Below, in pieces: positions 11,901-23,569 of a stretch of DNA of 64,000 bases. The notes below the pieces were generated by a model. That model saw only the letters and a program-made list of their open reading frames with translations. It did not search any database and was not told the origin of the DNA. Within the stretch, counting starts at the first letter, position 1, and each line of letters starts with the position of its first letter. Source of the stretch: Anthoceros angustus (Eukaryota; Plantae; Anthocerotophyta); NCBI GenBank assembly GCA_010909165.1, contig MU008197.1:310001-374000 (forward strand). The letters run 5' to 3'. The translations under genes and the position numbers were made by a program.

Positions 11901-13144
11901 TCCCGAGCGCCGCCAAGCCTCCTTCCCGAGGAGTTCAAATGCCCCATACATGGATCGTATGGGGACACCCTGAGATGGCGGCTTCGCCTCCGAGCTTGAG
12001 CCTCGCTAAACCGGGCGAAGATAATCCTCCTCACGCCTTCTTCCTCCGCGGCAGAACACTATTAGATTATCACCAAGGTGATCCACCTTGGTGAGTAGGT
12101 TCCAGGATATGATCCGCCACCGCCTCGACTCGACCGGCCCAACAGTTCTGGATATCGCCCAACCAGGGTCCGCTGCCCCTCCTTAGCATCGCTGGGTGGC
12201 TGGACCTATCTTCTCGCCTTGAGGCCCGCACCACTCCCTCTTCCTCCTTGGGGCGGTTGTAGGCCGTGACCTCCAAGGTCCATCGCCTTGGGTCCTCCCG
12301 AGGTTCTTGGACCGCACCTCCTTATTGACCGCCGCCAAAGATCTTCCGCAAACTCCCGGACCAGTGACACAATGTCCGCACCATTTGGAACACATCCAAA
12401 TGCCACTCCCGCACCAATTCCCCGCCTCGAGCCGAGCCCAAAGTCCGGATAGCGCCGGTCACAATGTTGCCTCCACAAGGTTCCATGGCTCCCAAACTTC
12501 CGCTGGCTTTTGGGTGCCATCGCCTTCTCTCCCTTGCCGCTTGTCAAGACCGCACGCTGAGCCTCTTCGCCGCTCGCCTCCGACCTCAACGGTGAGCCGA
12601 CGAAGACGCCCGAGTGTCCCACGAGATACCGCCAGAGAGCCGGGATCGGAGCGCAAGAGATCGCGAGAATTGTCTCGAGGTCAGCATAAATGACCTTCTT
12701 CCGCCACCACGCCGGAGTAACTGGGCGGAGGGCGCCTTCCCCGTCAGAATCGCCGAGGTCTCATGGCTTACTCGCCACGCTGACTGCCTTACCGCCTGCA
12801 CGCCCCACGCTGCCTGGGCGTGAATACCGCTATAACGGCCTCGCAAGGTTACGGCCCGACCTCACATGCCCGCTGCCTCCACCTGTGGTCGCCCACGTGG
12901 CGCCGCCTCACCCCACGCCCAACTTCTAAGTTACCGGCGATTTATCCCGCCTCGGTCCCGGAGTGGGTCCGCCCACCTGCCCGCCATCGAGGTCTAAGCA
13001 CGCTCCTCACTCGAGTCAGAGTATACTCCGAGTGCCCCGAGTGCTAACCGCTTATTTCCTCCTTTTCGCCTCATTTTATCCTTCGCCCACACAAAAAACA
13101 AAACCTACCTAATTTCTAACCCCTGTGGAAGTCCGTAGTCCACA
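8951..13144 (-). repeat. 3' LTR (about 4.2 kb)
   Basis: Plus strand runs TGTGGCGCGA...GTAGTCCACA. Colinear over its length with 19516-23569 and directly adjacent to the PPT. Confidence 0.8.
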
Positions 13145-15131
13145 TACTCCTTCTCACCGCTACGCCTCCGCCAACACTAAGCGTGGTACTTTTCACCCGC
13201 CACCCGCTCACCCGAGTGGGCGTAGCCACCATCCAACCGCCGTCGAACGGACCCATTGGGGTATACTCAGACTTGGTAAGGCCCCATCCATCGAGGTGGA
13301 GTTTACCCGGAAGTGCATATGTCGGCCGCCGTAAAGGAGAGCGATCTCCTCCTTCACATACTCCGATTCCTAAGGCGCCTATCATGCCACCATGCTGATT
13401 CTCACTTGCATCCTGCTGCGCCTCTTCCGGCCTCCTCAGAGTCAGATAAACCCTAGCAACCGCCTCCGCTCTCTTCATCCGCGCCTTTCCATCATGACCC
13501 GAGTGTTGGCACCTCAAACTCCACCGATAACGGGTGAGTGCCCATAGGTCGAGCACGGAGTTCGTTGGGTTACCTTTTCTCACGCCTCATACCGATGGCT
13601 GTATCCCAGGCATAGTTAACCGTCACCTTATTGAGGATGCCATAAGTTGGTCTTTCTTCCACACCATCTTTGGATTGTAGGGGCCGTTACGACGTGTGAT
13701 GCCGAAATAGTCCGTCATTGTCTATCACATCATTGAGGAAATGGGTTCTATCGCTACCGCCACGGACACCCATACCTTGTGATGATGTTTTCAGAGGAAT
13801 TTGGCCACCGTGCTCGCAGAGTCCGCCTCGGTAGCGACCGCTTCAACCCACCGTGCAGAGTCCTGCCACCAAGATGTACCGCCTGTGCCCGGGTCGCTAT
13901 CGAGGTCCAACGGGTCGATGCCCATTTCTCAAAAGGCGCTGCTAGTATGGGCACTAACGGCCATTGAGTTGTGGCCGGCTTCCCGATCCACAAGCATCAC
14001 ACTTCTTCACAACCGGTGTGTTTCCCCACATGGTCCACCGCATCACCTCCAAGATTTTCTTGGTGGTGAGTGCTAATGCTTATTTCTCCTTTTTCCTCCT
14101 ATCCTTCGCATCACACAAAAAACAAAATCCTACCTAATTTCTAACCCCCTGTGGAAGTCCAGTCCACATACTCCTTCTCACTGCCTCCGCCAACACGGCG
14201 TGGTACTTTTCACCCGCCACCCGCTCACCCGAGGGCGCAACACCATCCAACCGCCGTCGAACGGACCCATTGGGGTATACTGCACGACTTGGTAAGGTCC
14301 CATCCATCGAGGTGGAGTTTACCCGGAAGTGCATATGTCGGCCGTCGAAAGGAGGGCCGATCTCCTCCTTCACATACTCCCGATTCCTAAGGCGCCTATC
14401 ATGCCACATGCTGATTCTGTACTCGCTTGCATCCGCTGCGCCTCTTCCGGTCCTCCGACAGACAAACCCTAGCAACCGCCTCCAGCTGGCTCTTCATCCG
14501 TTAAGCGCCCATCATGACCCGGAGTGTTGGCACCTCAAACTCGACCGCATAACGGGTGAGTGCCCATAGGTCGAATAATACGGAGTTCGTTGCGGTTACC
14601 TTCTCCGCCGCTCAACGCCCATAGCGCGATGGCTTTGTATCCCGGCATAGTTAACCCGCTTATTGAGGATGCGCAGATAAGTCCATTGGTCTTCCCACAC
14701 CGCTGGCCTTTGATAGGGGGCCGCTTTACGATGTGTGATGCCGAAATAGTCCGTATTGCGCTTATCACATCATTGAGGAAATGGGTTCCCCTATCGCTAC
14801 AACCGCAACGGACACCCATACCTTGTGATGATGTTTTCGAGAGGAATTTGGCCACCGTGCTCGCAGAGTCCGCTCTAGTAGCGACCGCCCAACCCACCGG
14901 TGCGTGAGTCCGCTGCCACCAAGATGTACCGCTGTGTGCCCGGTCGCTATCGATAGGTCCAACGGGTCGATGCCCCATTTCTCAAAAGGCGCTAGTGCTA
15001 GTATGGGCACTAACGGCCATTGAGTGTGTGGCGCCCTTCCCGATCCACCGACAAGCATCACACTTCACACTTGGTGTGTTTCCCCATACATGGTGGGCCA
15101 CCACTCACCTCCAAGATTTTCTTGGTGGTGA
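13041..15131. repeat. About 1.03-kb tandem duplication of the integrase 3' half, PPT and first ~100 bp of the LTR
   Basis: 13041-14068 is colinear with 14069-15131; for example ctaacccc..tgtggaagtcc..agtccacatactccttctc appears near 13120 and again near 14145. Confidence 0.8.
13145..13160 (-). other. Polypurine tract
   Basis: Minus strand GCGGTGAGAAGGAGTA lies immediately before the TGTGG start of the 3' LTR. Confidence 0.7.
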
Positions 15132-18100
15132 CTCACACGCAATGTCCACCACCTAGTCCTTCGTGCATCCCTTTATTACCACCTCCGCTCACTGCTGGAG
15201 GTACCTTCTGCTCCACACCCCGCCTACCTTAAAGATGCACCTTATACAAAGGGCGAAGTGCACAAAGGCTAACCCGGTTCACTGCAGTAGCTCCATCTCC
15301 CATAGGTACTGCTCCAACTCCGCTAAGAGGGCCGCCCGGCCCGCCTCCTTCTCCGCTTCGCTGGGTCCTGCTCACCAGGGGTTTGTCCTGTGCTCCTCTC
15401 CTCCTCCTCTATCGCCACCAATTCCTCATCCGGAAGGCGCCCTCTGATCCCCGCAGATGGCTCCGCTTTAACTGGACAAGAAGTCCTGTGTTGCCGCCCT
15501 TGCCTAGTCTCCACCTCAAATGTGAACTCCTAGCAACAGTAATCCACCTCGCCCCGACAAGTCCGCTTTGTTCACCAAATGCTTGAGCGAAGTGATCAAC
15601 ATAGAACACAAACTCAGGCGTAAGGTAGTCCGAATTTCTTAACCATACCATCCCAATGCCGCCTCGCCCGTAGTAGTGTACCTCGCGGCGTGAGCCGCCT
15701 TCCGTAGTAGATTGGGTGATCCCTCCGCTTATCATCTTTTGATCGAGCACACCCCGATGGCGGCGCCGACATCCACATACACATGGAATCGCTTCCCGGG
15801 CCCGGTCCTTTGAGTCGGGCACACTGAGTGGTCGGAGGTCTCGAATGCCGCCTCCTTCTCGCGCCCAGTCCCATTCCTCCTTCCCGAGTAGCTCATAGCT
15901 GGAGGCCCGCTTTGCAAAATCTTGTATGAAACGCCTATAGTAACCTACCATGCCTGTGAACTCGAACTCCTTCAAGTTCTGGAGGGCCGTAGGATGGATG
16001 ACTTTCACCTTGTCTTGGTCCACCTCTATCCCTCTCTTACACTCGGTGCCCCAACAAGATTCCCTCTCCATGCCAAGTAGCATTTCTCGGATGCGCATTG
16101 AGTCTCCTACATCGCTCCAAACACTTCCGAAATGTCCATGTTTGTCCTCCTCCGTGCATGTAAGTCGCCCAAGAACACCTCCATGAAGTCCTCAGAATTT
16201 TAAGACATTGGTCACCATCCGCATAAATGATCCGGTGCTGTCATCCCAAGGCGCCCGCTTTGTAGGCAAACGCCCCCACTCCGTGGTGAATGTTGTCTTA
16301 TCCCATCCGACTTAGGTGTAATCGGTTGTAGCCGGAGTAGCCGCCCAAGAAGGAGTAGGTACCGCCCGCCACCTTGTCCAAGATGTCGTCCACAAAGGGC
16401 ATGGGAAATGGTCCTTTCCGCGGGCGTTCAGCTTTCCACCCGACAGACCGAATCGCCGCTTTCTTGACGACCACAATGGGCGCCACCCACTCACTTTACA
16501 CGATTGGGAAGATGATGTCCGCTTCCGTGATACTTATCCAGACTTCCTTGACCTTGAGCGAGTGCTTGGGATTCGATACCGCCTAATCCGAACAGCACCG
16601 CCTCCGGCTTCAGATCTATCCGGTTCGCCTAATCGCTTCGGAATGCCTTCATATCCGTGACCTTGAAAGCAAACACCTACTGAATTCCCCAACAACGTGG
16701 TGAGGTCTTGTTTAACCCTCCGATGCTCATGGAATTTGAGGAATTCCGGGCGAACCTCCACGCCTTCCACATCGCCGGACTGCCTCCCTTTCTCTCGCCG
16801 CTCACACGTCCAAGCCGTCCCTCCATCCGGGTTCATCTTCACGCATTCCCCACTCCCGAAAGAGCTCGTCCAAGTGAAACGGGTTACTTCTCTACTTCCC
16901 GCCTCCGCTGGACCCTCCTCTTGATTGCCTTCCCCGCTCTTGTCCGCCGAGTCCACCCTAAAACAATCGATGACCTCCCCACCTCCGCCTCCAAAGTGTC
17001 CCTCCCAGAATCCATCTCCTCCTCGACCACGTGGGGAAAGGGTAGTCCTCATTCGTATCCTCGCTCATCGCCCCACTGCCGGGCGGAGGTGTACCCTCCG
17101 TGGTGCTTACGGTTTCACAAGACGTGTCCTTACCTGTAATCGCTACCTGCCCTTCCCTCACCTTCGGATCCCACCACCTTGAAGTGTATCTCCTTCCGTC
17201 CAAGTGTAGTTTTGTCTCGAGCGAGGCTGGGCCGCCCAACAGACCTCATACCCTGTGAGGTCCGGTCCGATGACGACAAAATCTAATGTATAGGGGCTCC
17301 GCTATGGTGGCTTGACTGGACAACTCGGCCGCGACATGTCCGCCATCCCGAGGGTTTTGGTGGATGGCTCAAGGTGAACCCCACTGCCTTGTGGCCTCGT
17401 GATGAGGTTCACTCCCCCGTATCTAGAGGCACGCTTTTAATTACACACCCGCACTTCCACCGCACCATCGGCGCCTGTGGTCCGTATATACTTACCTCCA
17501 CGTTTGCCTTCCCACCAAGGAGTTCCGGCGTGGTTGCGCTTCCCGATGGCCTTCCTGACTTCGCCGATACTGGTTGTCCTTTAACAATCGCCTAAGGGAC
17601 ACCAAGTGTTGTTGGTCCATCATCAAGTCGGCCACCTTGAAAGGGCCGGTGGTTCTCTGCCACACGCGTCGCCTTTGTCTCCTCCGGCTTCACCGTGGTG
17701 GCGGACCACTGGGTCCTCGGAGTTCTTCTTGAAGCATCTCGGCCACTTCAACCACATCCGGTGGAATCGCGGGCGCTGTGAGAGTCCGCTTCTCCCGAGA
17801 CTTTGGCTGGTTTCTTCCGTAGGCGGCTTTAACTCGCCTCTTGGCGGGTTCGGCTTCCTGGGTGTTCCGTCCTCCGTATCCGTGGACTATCCTCATTTTC
17901 TCTTCCTCTTACTGCCTCCGCTCCTCCTTTCGGCGACTCGGTTGACACTTCCAGACTCCAGTCCGCCTTCTTCTCCTTGGCCGAACTTGCTTCGCACCAC
18001 CTGCTTGTGCCCCTGGTGCCTCCTCCCACTCCGCCACAGGCCTTCAATTTGTAGCAGGCGCCTTAGGAGGGGGGGCGTGGTCTTGGCTCCCCACCGGGGT

Positions 18101-19450
18101 GGCGAGCGCACGTCCTCGAGCGAGGATTCGGACACAAGGTACCGCCCATGTGCCCCGCCGCTACAATCTCCACACGCTCAAAGTCCCGCTTGTCCGGTGG
18201 GGTATGGACAGTGCTGGAGTAGTGTCCGGGGGTTCCAGCACCCACCGCCCGAGAATTCGAGGGGCTCCCATGCGTGTCAGACGGAGGTCGGCGCATGACG
18301 GACCACCGCTGGGGTACATCGCCCGGATACCGTGGTCCCGGGTGCTTCTTGCACTTGGTATGCCTCCCACTGCTCTCGACTCTTCCCGTAGTCATACTCC
18401 ACCGGTTCACGGGTCCGAGGCGCTTGGCCTCGAATGCCCATGTTGGTGACACACCGCACACCATGATGAGTACGGACTGCGGTGGCACGCCGCTCTTTAT
18501 CCTTCACCGTTGATCGTCAACTCCTCCACCCTCTTCATTACCTGCTCTAGATCTTCCCCGCTACTTCCTTCAAAGGAGCTGGGGGACCTCTGCAGTGCTG
18601 CATCATGACCTCCTTCTTTTCCACCCTCCGCCGACCACGGGCTTCTTCTTCTTTATTTTCTACGGGGTTCTTCTTCTTCCATGGCCTCCTGGATTCTTCC
18701 TGAGTCCTCTTCCTCCTCCCACGCTCGGCCTCATCATCCTCCTCGTCCGAGGGTTCTTCATCTTCGAGTCCGACCCCGCTTTCTTCTTTTCTTCTTTCCT
18801 CCTGAGGAGTCCGCCGCCGTTGGTGCATCGATTCTTCATAGTTCTCCCGCCCGACCGCCTTGCTCACATCTTTCTTCGCCAACAAAGAAGACGTGCTTAG
18901 CCATTGGCTTGGATAAGCCACCGCGAACCAACGTACCGCGCATGGTAGTGTGAGGGTGCCGTCAGCGCGTAGAACCGCTCGATGTACGATCCCAACTTCT
19001 CCGCCTTTCCTCGCCTGATTCTCGAGTTTGACAAGACATAGCCTTCTTGATCGATTCCGGAATCTTTCTAAGAAGGCATCCTTCAATGCTCAAGGTTGCG
19101 GTGGGTGCGCTCGAGGTCGATTTCCTCCGATACCACCGAGCCGCTCGCAGGACCCCTTGAACAATTGAATGAGTCGCGCATCCGAACCTTCTCCGCTGAA
19201 GTTTGCCCGAGACACAAATCCTCCAAAGGTTTCGTCTCTCCTTCTTACCTCCAAAGAGAATACGCTTGCTTGGTCGACGTCGCCATCCGCTGATCGGTAA
19301 GGGATGAGGAACCACACCGCCCCACCGGCCGCGTCCTCCTCTCGATCCGGCAACCCACCACACCACCGCTCGGTGCCCTCGCCCGAGCTCGCCGGCCTCT
19401 CACGCGCGCCGAGCGCCGCCACAACGTCCGACTCTCGCAATCTTCCTTAA
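13200..19450 (-). pseudogene. Gag-Pol polyprotein, heavily frameshifted
   Basis: gag (KDAFLERF; GHYSST knuckle remnant near 18220); protease VPLDTG (about 17415-17435); RT APIVVVKK, PFPMPFVDDILDKVAG, YSFLGGYSGYN (about 16300-16490) and GMVGYYRRFIQDFAK; RNase H FHVYVD and HPIYY; integrase APFEKWGID and GTHFLNDVI; C-terminal FPGKLHL. Confidence 0.88.
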
Positions 19451-19497
19451 CTACCTCACGCCCTCCACGCATCCACGCTGCTACGGAACGATTTCAT

Positions 19498-19512
19498 TCC
19501 CCGCAACCGCCA
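19498..19512 (-). other. Primer binding site (tRNA-Asp type, Athila-like)
   Basis: Minus strand TGGCGGTTGCGGGGA lies 3 nt inside the 5' LTR. It resembles the Athila PBS TGGCGCCGTTGCCGGGGA with small deletions. Confidence 0.65.
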
Positions 19513-19515
19513 AAA

Positions 19516-22500
19516 TGTGGCGCGATTTTCACGATGGCCATACGCACATATTGTCGTTGTAGGAAGAAGTCCGCTCAAGGGAATGATAGGCTTACTTGTG
19601 TGATTCCTACTCACTTAGCGCTGCTCCTCACACATACTCCTAACTACTCAACGTCTCACCGTGACAGCTGTATGGCTCTTAGGACCTGCTCAGATTGCTC
19701 ACATCCGCCACCACATCCCTTTCCTCTCTCCTCACGCTACACTCCTCCTTAGAAAGACGCTGGTTACATGCCCGACCTCCTCCGCTGCCCGCTGGCCTCC
19801 GTCCGGCTCAGACGCCTCCCGAGTTCCTCCGGCCACACGCCCACCCGGCCGGGTCGGGCCGGACGAGCACGGGTCCCCCACCCTTCCCCGCACACACCAC
19901 AACACGTTAGGTCCGCCACCGTGGACCTCGATCAATCCCCGAGTCGCGGCCCGCCGCTGACTCAGACTCACGTTAGCAAGAAGACACACAAAGGTCCGCA
20001 AGAACGCAGATCAACACCAAGAAAGATGAGATGGGCTGCCTTAGCTCTTATACTACGCCAAGGTCGCCTTTATTACACCTCTCGAGCCGAGGCCGCCTGG
20101 TGGTAACCCCAACCACCGCCTACTACCCTCCCCCACCTTCGTCATGGTGGGCCGGATGGCCTCCTCTTCCTTCTGCACGCGGCCCAAAGCCGAGCTCCTC
20201 AAGGCGCACCCAATCTCCCCACTCCCTCCTGGACCTCGACTGCCTGAGTCCCACTCCCCAGGTCCGGCCTTCCTCCGGGCTGGTCCGGCCTCCTGCCCCG
20301 GAGTCCGGCCCCTGGGACCGACTGCCCGGGTCCGGCCTCTGACCCAACCCTTCCTCGGGTCCGGACCGTGGCCCGGACTGCCACCAGAGTCCCAAGTCCA
20401 GATTCCACCCCTGGGTCCGCCTTTCTGAGTCCGGACAAAGTCCGACCTCGTGCCCCGGCATGCCTCACGGGCTAGCCACCGGTTCATCCACCGAGCCTCC
20501 CTTGGTTCCCGAATGCCCGGCTTTCCCTTCCCTTCAAGATCCTCCTCGTCCTTCCATGCGAGGGTGCCGAGGCTTACCTCCTGTGGCGCCTTCCTCCCTC
20601 CTCCCGCCGCTTCCTTCGCTACTGCCGCCGCCGTCAAACAGCCCCTAGGACTCCCGCGGCCAGCTGCCCCGGTCCGTCCTCCTCGCCTCCTTCCCGAAGT
20701 CCACCCTCCCGCCTAGGTGGCGCAGACCTCCAGCCTTGAGGAGCTCAAGGTGGTAGTAGGCAATCGGAATCGACTTGTCAATCGCCTCCTCCACATGAGC
20801 CCGAGCACCCAGATCTCCTCCAAAGGTGCTCCCGAAAGGATCGCCACCGCCGCCTGCCTCGTGGCCAAGCTCCACTGGCGGGCGGACTCTTGAGGCCGCC
20901 AAGGCGCCTCTCTTGCAACCTTCGCCGCCGCTCCTCCTCCGTTGCCAGCCAGCCGCCATTTTATGGGCCATGGAGCCGAGCTCCTTCGCTTCCCCGCAAC
21001 CGGACGAGCAAGTACTTCCTCCAAGCTCTTCCTCCTTCTTCTATTCTTTCCTGAGGTCCTCCACTTCCTTCTCCAGGGCCAGATCCCCGTCCGACTCGGC
21101 TTCCGCCACGCCCCGCCGCAACGCGACGCCGAACTCCTTGCACCGCCATTCTCCTCCGTTCAAGCGAGCCGGAGGCGCCCACCTCGTCAAGTCTTGGATT
21201 CTCTCTGAGAACCCCTCCGCCCGATGCATCTTGGAGTTGCAACCCAAGGTGTCCTTGTTGTCCTCCGCCTCCGCCCGCCTTCTACCTCCTGCACTGCACT
21301 CGAGGTCCCCAACCTCCCGTGCCGCCTGGCCTCACGGACCGCTTGCTCCGCTGCCACTCCGCCATTGGCTCGCTCTCGGCCGCCTCCACCGATCACGCCG
21401 ACAGTGATCGCGACGGCCTCCGCCTCCTGGCCACCTTCACCGAGCCTCCAGCCTTGGCTCGTCCACGGCCGCCTCCGCTGATCCCGCCTGCCTGCCGGCC
21501 GCGCCTCCTCGCTCGGGCCCGCCCGCAGAGGTCCTCCGCCTGCTTGGGCCTTGTTCGCTCACTGCCTCCACTGAAGGAATTTGGTCCGGCCTCGGATGGA
21601 CCAGACCTCCTCCCTCCGCTTTCAATCCGCCGAGAGCCTTCCTTCTCGCCTCGGCCTCCAACCGCCCCCCGGAGGAGCACCATGCGCCCGGTGGCTTCCA
21701 CCGGGTCTTCTCGCCATCCCACAGCATCCAGCATACCGCCCATGACGGTAGCTGACCCGCCGTGTTTCCACGGCCGCCGTGAGGCTCCCACAAAGTGGAG
21801 CGGGATCTCACGGTCCGCAAGGACCTCCATACTGCAGCCCGAGCAAGTCCGGACTGGGTTCTCCCGACCCACCCGACCCCCTGAGCCCGGAGTCTTTCTC
21901 CGCCTTTTTTCTCGGGCTCGGGGAGGTGATGGAGTCCGGAGCACGCCTTTGCCCCTTCCCGCCGGGCGACAGACCGCCCGATGCGCCGCTGTCCTCCGCC
22001 TCGGGCGCGCCCTTTTCTCGCCTCCCATCGCTTCCTCCGCTTCTTGCCACCCGGCAGGGAAGAGGTACTGCACCGACCGGTGCCGCAGCCGTGGTCTTGC
22101 GCCTTCGCCTCTCCGGTCCGCGGGCCTCACCGAGTGATGGCCGTGGGGGCCTGGGCCGGGCCGCCTCACTGGCTTGCCTGTTGGGGCACCGGAGGAGGCG
22201 GGGAATTGCTTCCCATACTGGTGGTGAGGGGTCCGCCCATGGAGTCCGGAATCCTCCCGCCATCCTCCTCCCGAGTCCGCTTGGTTTTGCGACTGCCTCC
22301 TCCCTGCCGCCCGCCTCCACTTCGGGAGGGCCTCAGCCCTTCCGAGCGCCCTGCTCCTTCCCCGAGGAGTTCAAATGCCCCCATACATGGACTGCAGATG
22401 CATGGCTTCGCCCGAGCGTAGCTTCCTCGCTAAACCGGCGAAGATAATCCTTCCCGCCTTCTTCTCCGCAACGCTGCAGTGAACACTATAGATTATCACC

Positions 22501-23569
22501 AAGGTGATCCACCTTGGTGAGTAGGTTCCTGGATGATCCGGCCACCGCCGACTCGCCCAACAGTGCCTGACATCGCCCAACCGCTGGTGGTCCGGGCCCT
22601 GTGCCTTAGCATGCCGCTGGTCACCTATCTTCCCCTTCGCCTTGAGGGGCCCGCACCACTCCCTCCTTGGGGCGGTTGTAGGCCGCCTCAGACCTCCAAG
22701 GTCCATCGCCTTGGGTCCTCGAGGTTCTTGGACCGCACCTCCTTGTTGACCGCCAAGATCTTCCTGCAAACTCCCGACTGTGAGTGACATCAAATGTCCG
22801 CACCATTTGGAACACATCCAAATGCCACTCCCGCACCACCTCGCCTCGGAGCCGTGAGCCCAAAGTCCGGAGTAGCGGTCACAATGTTGCGCCCACAAGG
22901 TTCCATGGCTCCCAAACTTCCGCTGGCTTTTTGCCACGCCTTCTCCTTGGTTGCCGCCGCCGCTTGTCGGGCCGCACGCTGAGCCTCGCCAAGGCTCGCT
23001 TCTCCGACCTCAACGGTGAGCCGCACAAGACGCCCGAGTGTCCCACGAGATACCGCCAGAGAGCCGGATCATGAGCGCAAGAGATCGCGAGAATTGTCTC
23101 GAGGTCAGCAGCAAAATGACCTTCTTCCGCGACCACGCCGGAGTAACTCGGGCTGAGGGCGCCTTCCCGTCCAGAATCGCCGAGGTCTCGCTTACTCGCG
23201 CTTACGCGCCGCTGCAGACTGCACTCCGCCGCAGACTGCACGCCGCCGCGCGTGAATACCGCTATAACGGCTCGCAAGGTTACGGCCCGACCACGCATGC
23301 CCGCCTCCACCTGTGGTCGCCCACGTGGCCGCCTCTTACGCCCAACTTCTAAGTTCCTCGCATTTATCCCGCCTGGGTCCCCGGAGGTCCGGCTCACCCC
23401 CTGCCGCCCGCCATCGTAGGTCTAGCACGCTCCTCACTCCGAGTCAGTATACTCCGAGTGCCGGAGTGCTAACTGCTTATTTCCTCCTTTTCGCCCATTT
23501 TATCCTTCGCCTCCCACACAAAAAACAAAATCCTACCTAATTCTAACCCCTGTGGAAGTCTCAGAACCA
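19516..23569 (-). repeat. 5' LTR (about 4.05 kb)
   Basis: Colinear with 8951-13144. The outer end is degenerate. Confidence 0.78.

Larger units (their letters stand above)
8951..23569 (-). mobile_element. Athila-like (non-chromoviral Ty3/gypsy) LTR retrotransposon, about 14.6 kb, degenerate
   Basis: Direct repeats 8951-13144 and 19516 to about 23569, both starting TGTGGCGCGA on the plus strand, with PBS, PPT and an internal gag-PR-RT-RH-INT order. The right end is approximate and no TSD was found. Confidence 0.88.

Noticed and set aside
10726-11973. 415-aa plus-strand ORF and similar Arg/Pro-rich ORFs in the LTR copies
   Set aside because: Low-complexity translations of GC-rich sequence; the frames are not preserved between LTR copies.
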